64,000 bases of DNA, taken from the IMG/VR virus record IMGVR_UViG_3300037486_000582, positions 32,001 through 96,000 of that record; one strand, written 5' to 3'. Under the pieces are notes generated by a model. That model worked only from the letters and a program-made list of their open reading frames with translations, was not told the origin of the DNA and did not search any database. The translations under genes and the position numbers were made by a program. Shown one piece after another: positions 58,482 to 64,000 of this stretch. This DNA comes from a virus. Within the stretch, counting starts at the first letter, position 1. Each line of letters begins with the position of its first letter.

Positions 58482-58542
58482 CGCGCTACCTCCACTCCCC
58501 TTCCGTTATTGAGCGTCTGTGGGTTTCCTGCAAGGCAGGACG

Positions 58543-60162
58543 TCAGGAAGCAACGCCGTTCGCGAACACGAACCGCTGGGCGGCGTCCAGCTCGGAGGCA
58601 ACGTCGTCGGAGTGGGTGATGACCACCACGCAGCGGTCCTCGGCGATCTCGGAAAGGGCTTCGGAGACGCCGGCGATGCCAGCCGGGTCCAGCGTATCGA
58701 AGACCTCGTCGAACCACATCGTCCCTTGGCCTGTCCCGGCGGCGGCTGCGTGGACCTCGGCAAGCGCGAGCACCATGGCAACGTCCACACGACGGCGCTC
58801 CCCGCCCGAGCATCCCTTGTAGCCGTGGTCGTGGCCGAGCCCGTGGATGTCCAGGGCGATCCGCTCGACCGTCCCGCCCCGGGCCGTCTCGCTGTCCGAC
58901 CGCAACGAGATCGCTCCGCCGGGCATCAGGCGGTCGAGCCAGGCATTCGCTACGGCCTCCAGCCCACCGAGCGCCCCGGCGATGACGTGACTCCTGACAC
59001 CGCGCAGGCCAAGCACGCGCTCCACGGCTTGAAGCTCGGCCAACCGAGCGTCCGCCGCCGACGCCGCGTCCTCCAAATCGAGCAACTCGCCCTCCGCCTC
59101 GCGGACCGCCCGCTGCACCTCCGCCGCCTTCTCGCGGTGGTAGCGGTCGCGCTCCTCCCATTCGCGACGGGCGACGACCGCGGCCCGGGCCGTTCCGACA
59201 CGCTCGGCCAGCGCCTGTTGCTCGTCAGCCAGCTCGGCGGCTTCATCGGCCGACGCCCGTGCGCTCTCCTCCGCGGCGGGCGCGCCAGCCTCCGCTGCTC
59301 GCACCGTCTCGGCAGCACCAGCGCCGAGCCGGGCGCGGACCGCGTCGTCCACAGGCTGCGCACACGTCGGACAGTGGGTCATGGCCTGCGCCCGCTCCAC
59401 AACCCGCCGCGCATCGGCCGCCTTCTGGCGAAGCGCAGTTGCCTCTGCAGCTGCCGTTGCGCTCGCCCTGGAGGCAACGGTTCCGTCCCGCCTGGCTTCC
59501 GCCAGCGCGGCTTCCAGCTTCCGCACCTCGGAAGGGGCGGTATGCGGCGGCTCGGCGCCCGGCCCGCCGCCTGCGTCCACGAGCCGCTTCCGTTCGCCTT
59601 CCAACCTTGCCTGCATGGTGCGCACGGCAGACGCGGCGTTCGCTGCTCCCTGACGCGCCTCAGCGATGTCCTTGCGGCAGGCGTCCAGGCCGATGTCGAA
59701 GACGTGGAGGCCGAGCATCCCCTCGACCAGTCGCTTCCGCTCCGCGTCTGTGGCGAGGCTGAAGGACAGGACGTCCTGCGACGAGAACACGCTCGTCCGG
59801 CGCCACGTCTCGAGGTCGCCGACGAGGCTGTCGAGCTCGGCTTGCGCCTTCGTCGCCGTTTCGAACTCCCGCCGGCTGCCCCCGGGCGGGGCGAAGCGGA
59901 CCACGTTCGTCTTGTGGTCGCGCACCCGTTCCACCACCGCCATCTCCGTGTCGAGCAGCACGTAGCTTCGGACGCCCTCAACATGCCACGGCGAGCCACG
60001 AAGCGTCTTTCCCCAGAGCGCGGCAGCGACCGCCTCGATGCACGTCGACTTCCCCGCCCCGTTGTCGCCGGTGATGACCACGACCCCGGTGTCAGGTAGG
60101 TCCAGGGTCACGGCGTCGTGGCCGAGGACGTGGTCCGTCTGGATGCGCCGAACGTGGATCAT
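58543..60162 (-). CDS. sbcC: Rad50/SbcC/gp46-like SMC ATPase
   Basis: Walker A GDNGAGKS, Zn-hook CPTC, signature CSGGE, Walker B WFDE, ITH. Confidence 0.9.
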   Translation of the reverse strand: MIHVRRIQTDHVLGHDAVTLDLPDTGVVVITGDNGAGKSTCIEAVAAALWGKTLRGSPWHVEGVRSYVLLDTEMAVVERVRDHKTNVVRFAPPGGSRREFETATKAQAELDSLVGDLETWRRTSVFSSQDVLSFSLATDAERKRLVEGMLGLHVFDIGLDACRKDIAEARQGAANAASAVRTMQARLEGERKRLVDAGGGPGAEPPHTAPSEVRKLEAALAEARRDGTVASRASATAAAEATALRQKAADARRVVERAQAMTHCPTCAQPVDDAVRARLGAGAAETVRAAEAGAPAAEESARASADEAAELADEQQALAERVGTARAAVVARREWEERDRYHREKAAEVQRAVREAEGELLDLEDAASAADARLAELQAVERVLGLRGVRSHVIAGALGGLEAVANAWLDRLMPGGAISLRSDSETARGGTVERIALDIHGLGHDHGYKGCSGGERRRVDVAMVLALAEVHAAAAGTGQGTMWFDEVFDTLDPAGIAGVSEALSEIAEDRCVVVITHSDDVASELDAAQRFVFANGVAS

Positions 60163-61349
60163 TCGCTACCTCCGGCCCCGACGTAGCGCCGAGCCTCGGA
60201 CAGCACCCGCTTGCGGTCGACTCCCGCTGGCAAGTCCATCTCCGCGACGTAGGCGGCGAGCGCCTCGGTCAGCGTCGCCGCGCTCCTCGCCGCCACGGCC
60301 GCTCGGTGGGCACGCCCGGCCGCCTCCTCGACGCTCACGACCACGGTTCCCCGGGCAACGTCTCCTCGCGCCTCGGCCGACCGCAGCTCCTGCCTTGCGA
60401 AGTCCGTCTCACCGGGTGCGGCGTGCCACTCCACGAACAATCGCGAGCCGGCGGCTGCGTGTTCTCGCTGTTCCAGTGCGTCGGGCAGACCGTCCGGTCC
60501 GGACACGCGCACAAACCGCGGCCCAGGCACCTCGACCGCCGAGATGTGCGGCCGGCCGCTGCTGACGAGCAGCATTCGCCCTCGGTTCACGGTGCCCTGG
60601 TCCGACCAGCCCGTCGGAACGAGAGCCCCGATCTGCACGACCGTCGCCCCGCACGGCAGCGCCGCGTCGTAGGCCTCGTGCCAGTGGCCGGCGAGCACCG
60701 CCCGGAAGCCGTGTTCGACGCACAGCGCGTCGAGCAGCGCGACGTCCACGGCGCTCGGGTCGGAGCGCAGGTGCCCCGGCGTCCCCTGATGTGTGATGCC
60801 GAGATGCAGAACGAGCACCCGGAACGGGGCGAGGGAGGCTGTTGACGGGACCCCATCGGTTACCCACTCCGGATGCTCGTTCCGCACCCCGGCAATCGCC
60901 CCCGGTAGCCAGCCGGAGGCCGGCCCGGAGCGGTGCGGCACCATCACGACCTGGATGCCCGTCGACTTGCCCCTGTGCTCTGGGACAGACAGACTGGGCC
61001 GGTCCACCACGAAGCACACCGGACCGAGCGGCCCGAGCGCGTGGTCGCCACGCTCTGTGCTTACGGCGTCGTGGTTCCCGGGCATGACGTAGACCGGCAC
61101 GCCGAGGACCCGGCTCTCGTCCAGCACGGTCTGGACCGGGGAGACGACCCTCGGACCTGGGTTCACGCTGTCGAACAGGTCGCCGGCCACGTACAGCGCG
61201 TCGCATCCCTGTTCGCGGGCCTGGCCGCATGCTGCTCTCAGGGTGTCTATGGCCAGGCGGCACCGCTCGTTGAGCCCGGCCGTCATCGGGCCGCCGAGTC
61301 GGCGTGGGTTGCCGACGTGGACGTCGGCGAGGACGGCGATTCGACCCAT
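60159..61349 (-). CDS. sbcD: Mre11/SbcD/gp47-like metallophosphoesterase nuclease
   Basis: ADVH, AGDLFD, PGNHD, AGHWH; start MGRIAV. Confidence 0.9.
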   Translation of the reverse strand: MGRIAVLADVHVGNPRRLGGPMTAGLNERCRLAIDTLRAACGQAREQGCDALYVAGDLFDSVNPGPRVVSPVQTVLDESRVLGVPVYVMPGNHDAVSTERGDHALGPLGPVCFVVDRPSLSVPEHRGKSTGIQVVMVPHRSGPASGWLPGAIAGVRNEHPEWVTDGVPSTASLAPFRVLVLHLGITHQGTPGHLRSDPSAVDVALLDALCVEHGFRAVLAGHWHEAYDAALPCGATVVQIGALVPTGWSDQGTVNRGRMLLVSSGRPHISAVEVPGPRFVRVSGPDGLPDALEQREHAAAGSRLFVEWHAAPGETDFARQELRSAEARGDVARGTVVVSVEEAAGRAHRAAVAARSAATLTEALAAYVAEMDLPAGVDRKRVLSEARRYVGAGGSE

Positions 61350-61372
61350 GGTGTGTTCCCCTTCCGCTCTGG

Positions 61373-62344
61373 TTATTGAGCGGTCGGACCGGTGCGTAGG
61401 GCGACCAGGTACTCGCGGACGGCGGCGAGGTTCTCTGTGCTGCGGTGCGCCCCGTCTGGAAGGACGCCGAGGTCTTTGCCCAGGTCCATCAGGGACCAGG
61501 CACTGTCCCAGCCATCCTCGAACAGCAAGCGGAGCTTGGCCTTGCGGAACGGGCGGGCCACCTTGTTCTTGACTGCCTTCACCGTGGACTGGATGCCGAT
61601 GGCCTCGGCGCCTTCCTTCACGGCTGCTCCGCGCCAGAGCTGAAGCCGCCACGTCATGTGGTGCTTGGTGGCGTTCCCGCCCTGCGTCGTCGTCGGGTCG
61701 CCGAACACGACCCCGATCTTCTCCCGCACTTGGTTGATAATGACGATGGCTGCCCGGCGGTCGCGGGCGATGCGCCCGAGGACCGGAAGCGCCTGGCTCA
61801 TCAACCTGGCCTTCTTCCCAACGAAGCCCTGCCCGCCCTTGTCCTTGTCGAACACCGCGCCGTCCTGTCCACGCAACTCCGTCGCCGCGAGGCTGTCCCA
61901 GACCAAGACGTTTGGTCCGGCCCCGGCTGGAATCACGTCCAGCGTGGCATGGAGCGCGTCGAGCGTCTGCTCCATCGTCTTCGGCTCCATCAGGATCAGG
62001 TCTTCGACCACGACCCCGAACACCGCTGCTCGCTCTACCTGTAGCGTCTTCTCCGTCTCGAGCAACACGCCAACCCCGCCGGCCCGTTGCGCCGCCGCCA
62101 AGAACGTGAAGCCGAGGCTGGTCTTCCCCGCGCCTTCGTCAGCGAAGACTTCTCCCATCCTCCCGATGGGAAGCCCACCGCACCCGAGGACGTGCAGGTC
62201 GAGCACTTCGATGCCGGTCTGGATGACCTCCCGCACTTCGCTCTGCGACCCGTCGGCGGCGGACCGCGCGAGCTTGGGGAGCGCCTTCTTGATCGCGGCG
62301 CACACGTCCGCGGCGTGCGCTTGCGCCTTGATGGTCTTTGCCAT
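61373..62344 (-). CDS. recA: RecA/UvsX recombinase
   Basis: GGLPIGR..EGAGKTS, VWDSLAA, KARLMSQAL, INQVREKIGVVFGDPTTTQGGNA, VKNKVA. Confidence 0.92.
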   Translation of the reverse strand: MAKTIKAQAHAADVCAAIKKALPKLARSAADGSQSEVREVIQTGIEVLDLHVLGCGGLPIGRMGEVFADEGAGKTSLGFTFLAAAQRAGGVGVLLETEKTLQVERAAVFGVVVEDLILMEPKTMEQTLDALHATLDVIPAGAGPNVLVWDSLAATELRGQDGAVFDKDKGGQGFVGKKARLMSQALPVLGRIARDRRAAIVIINQVREKIGVVFGDPTTTQGGNATKHHMTWRLQLWRGAAVKEGAEAIGIQSTVKAVKNKVARPFRKAKLRLLFEDGWDSAWSLMDLGKDLGVLPDGAHRSTENLAAVREYLVALRTGPTAQ

Positions 62345-62355
62345 GTGCGTGTCGC

Positions 62356-63141
62356 CTAGAAGGGCGGCTCGCGGCCGCCGGCCGGTGTGCCGTCCGCGTC
62401 GCCGACCACGTCGCGGGCGACGTCGTCCTGTGCCGTGCGGCCGCCACCGTCGCTGTCCTCTCCGTCGTCGCTTCCGCCCTTCACCATGCCAACGATCTCC
62501 TCCCAGGAGGGAACCCCAGCAAGGGCACGCAGGTTGGGCTGAGCGGTGATCCACTCGTGCTTGCCGAGCGGGCTGCTCTTACGGGCCGGCATCACTTTGT
62601 AGCGGGTGTCCATCTTCCCCGTGCCCACACGTTCGACGATGATGTCGAAGCCGTGAGCGGGGTCGGTGAAGTCGCCGCCCGCGTCCTCGTCCCGCCGGAT
62701 GGCGACGAGCGCCTCGTGGACGGTCTTGCCAAACCCAAGCACCTTCGGTCCGGCGTCCTGGTCGGCGCGGTCGATGACCGCGCAGAAGACCCGGCGGCTC
62801 GCCCAGAAGTCCCGCGCCGCGTCCTGGTCCATCGAGTTCGCGCTGGACCGCAGCTTGTCCGCCTTCATGCAGGCGGGGCACTGCCGCCGCTCCATCATGC
62901 GCGGGCAGTTGAACACGATCGGCTCGCGCCCGGGCAGGTTGATGAAGTGCTGGTAGGTGGTCACGAACGGCGTGTTCCGCCCGGGCGGCGGCGGGAGGAT
63001 GCGGATGACGTTGCGTCCGACCTCCAGCTTCATGAACTGGCCGCCGCTCGCCTTCCCGAGCGCGTCGTGCTCCTCTTCGGCCGCCTCCGGGGTGTACGCC
63101 CCGTACTCCACGATGTTCCCGTCTTCCTTCTTTGCTGGCAT
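62356..63141 (-). CDS. Single-stranded DNA-binding protein (T4 gp32-like)
   Basis: NVIRILPP, HF..CP..CPAC, FTDPAHGFDIIV, acidic tail ending PF. Confidence 0.8.
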   Translation of the reverse strand: MPAKKEDGNIVEYGAYTPEAAEEEHDALGKASGGQFMKLEVGRNVIRILPPPPGRNTPFVTTYQHFINLPGREPIVFNCPRMMERRQCPACMKADKLRSSANSMDQDAARDFWASRRVFCAVIDRADQDAGPKVLGFGKTVHEALVAIRRDEDAGGDFTDPAHGFDIIVERVGTGKMDTRYKVMPARKSSPLGKHEWITAQPNLRALAGVPSWEEIVGMVKGGSDDGEDSDGGGRTAQDDVARDVVGDADGTPAGGREPPF

Positions 63142-63205
63142 GTCCTTCTCCTTGTCCCTGCCTGGCGTACTTGCCTGGCTTGTCTCGCTTGCTGCTCCGG
63201 GCGTT

Positions 63206-63688
63206 CTACTCGTGGTTGCCCCGATGTCCGAACTCCATGGCCGTTGCCGCCGCCATCTGGTCTCGCAGAACGGGGTCCGCCCACATCTCAGCGCGGAGCT
63301 TCGCACCGAGGCTCTGGATCATGTCTCGCTTCGCGAGCAGCGCGTCCACGACACCGCGCACCCGCAGCCGAGCCGCCTCCGCCTCGATCCACACCATCTG
63401 CGCGTCCTGCACCTCGGTGTCGAGCAACACCTTGGCGTCGACCTCGCCGACCGTCATCTTGCCCTTGTCGAGCCGGTCCGCCTCCCGAATGGCAAGCGTG
63501 GCCCGGGCGCGGTCGGCTTCGTGGTCGGCCTTGGCCAGCATCGCCTTGTGGGTCAGGTCGGCGAGCTGTCCGTTCCAGTAGGCGAGTTGCCCGGGCAACT
63601 CGCAGTACGCCCGGTTCAGGTCCATCGGGTCGATCCGAATCGAATCCTCGTTGAACGTGTCCAGGTCGTTCCGTTCCTGCTTCTCCAT
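63206..63688 (-). CDS. UvsY-like recombination mediator (putative)
   Basis: IRIDPMDLN..PGQLAYW..AKRDMIQSLGAKLRAE; helical, between polymerase and SSB. Confidence 0.6.
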   Translation of the reverse strand: MEKQERNDLDTFNEDSIRIDPMDLNRAYCELPGQLAYWNGQLADLTHKAMLAKADHEADRARATLAIREADRLDKGKMTVGEVDAKVLLDTEVQDAQMVWIEAEAARLRVRGVVDALLAKRDMIQSLGAKLRAEMWADPVLRDQMAAATAMEFGHRGNHE

Positions 63689-63705
63689 GGTGTCCTCCGC
63701 GCTGG

Positions 63706-64000
63706 TTATTGCGCCGCTGCTCCCGGCTGTTGCCACTCGTCCATGTCGCCGAGCGTCTGCCCGACCTCGACGTCCACGCGCAGCGGCACGGCCAGGCTGT
63801 TGTGCGCGAGCATGATGTCGAGCGCCCCCACGGCAAGGTCATCCACGGCGTCTGCCCGCACCTCGAACACGACGCTGTCGTGAACGGTGAGCACAACTTT
63901 GGCGGGTAGCCCATCCCGGAGCACCCACTCGACCAGGGAGCAGATGGACGAGAGCATGAAGTCGCTCGCGGTCCCCTGGACCGGGGTGTTGATGGCGCTG
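63706..64000 (-). CDS. Family A DNA polymerase, C-terminal part (5' truncated)
   Basis: AINTPVQGTASD and motif C LTVHDSVVFEV..VPLRVDVEVG. Confidence 0.9.
   Translation of the reverse strand, partial: SAINTPVQGTASDFMLSSICSLVEWVLRDGLPAKVVLTVHDSVVFEVRADAVDDLAVGALDIMLAHNSLAVPLRVDVEVGQTLGDMDEWQQPGAAAQ

Larger units (their letters stand above)
8232..63715 (-). promoter_or_regulatory. Dispersed motif GC[T/G/C]CAAT[A/G]AC[C/G], ~16 copies, putative phage promoter element
   Basis: 12-mers starting at 8232, 32855, 35277, 37538, 39864, 40644, 43934, 45928, 48280, 49399, 49782, 50131, 56915, 58504, 61371, 63704; each at or just upstream of a gene start. Confidence 0.65.

Noticed and set aside
1-64000. 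tRNA/rRNA genes, integrase, transposase, inteins or introns
   Set aside because: None recognised by eye; TerL, RecA and portal have normal lengths. A tRNAscan/Infernal run is needed to exclude small RNAs

Overview
The window is a 64-kb segment of a high-GC tailed dsDNA phage or prophage genome, with genes almost all on the minus strand. Read in transcription order from the right end, it has three parts. (1) A replication/recombination module: family-A DNA polymerase C-terminus, UvsY-like protein, gp32-like SSB, RecA, Mre11/SbcD and Rad50/SbcC. (2) About 35 kb of accessory genes: Dam-type methylase, three radical SAM enzymes, a displaced TerS-like HTH next to a 20-bp tandem repeat, DUF3850/ASCH, YkgJ, DUF4417 followed by five genes that all begin MGGRGGGGGG, matrixin, HNH, and a ParB-radical SAM-glycosyltransferase cluster. 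(3) A PBSX-like head module: TerL, portal, MuF, XkdF-type protease, scaffold, major capsid, decoration/connector and other virion proteins, plus a poly-gamma-glutamate hydrolase. The best candidate for an undescribed system is the DUF4417 + MGGRG-leader array: five unrelated, nearly lysine-free bodies behind one conserved Gly-rich leader. A second candidate is the ~1890-aa polyprotein carrying ASCH, nucleotidyltransferase, LigD-type phosphoesterase and DNA-ligase domains on the prohead protease, with lysine-marked linkers. Together they suggest a capsid-packaged, injected cargo system shaped by a Lys-directed maturation protease; this is inference. Two regulatory grammars are also visible: four copies of a sigma70-like promoter/operator cassette, and about 16 minus-strand copies of a GC[T/G]CAAT[A/G]ACC motif placed just ahead of gene starts. 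No tRNA, rRNA or CRISPR array was recognised. Family assignments come from motif recognition by eye, not database searches.
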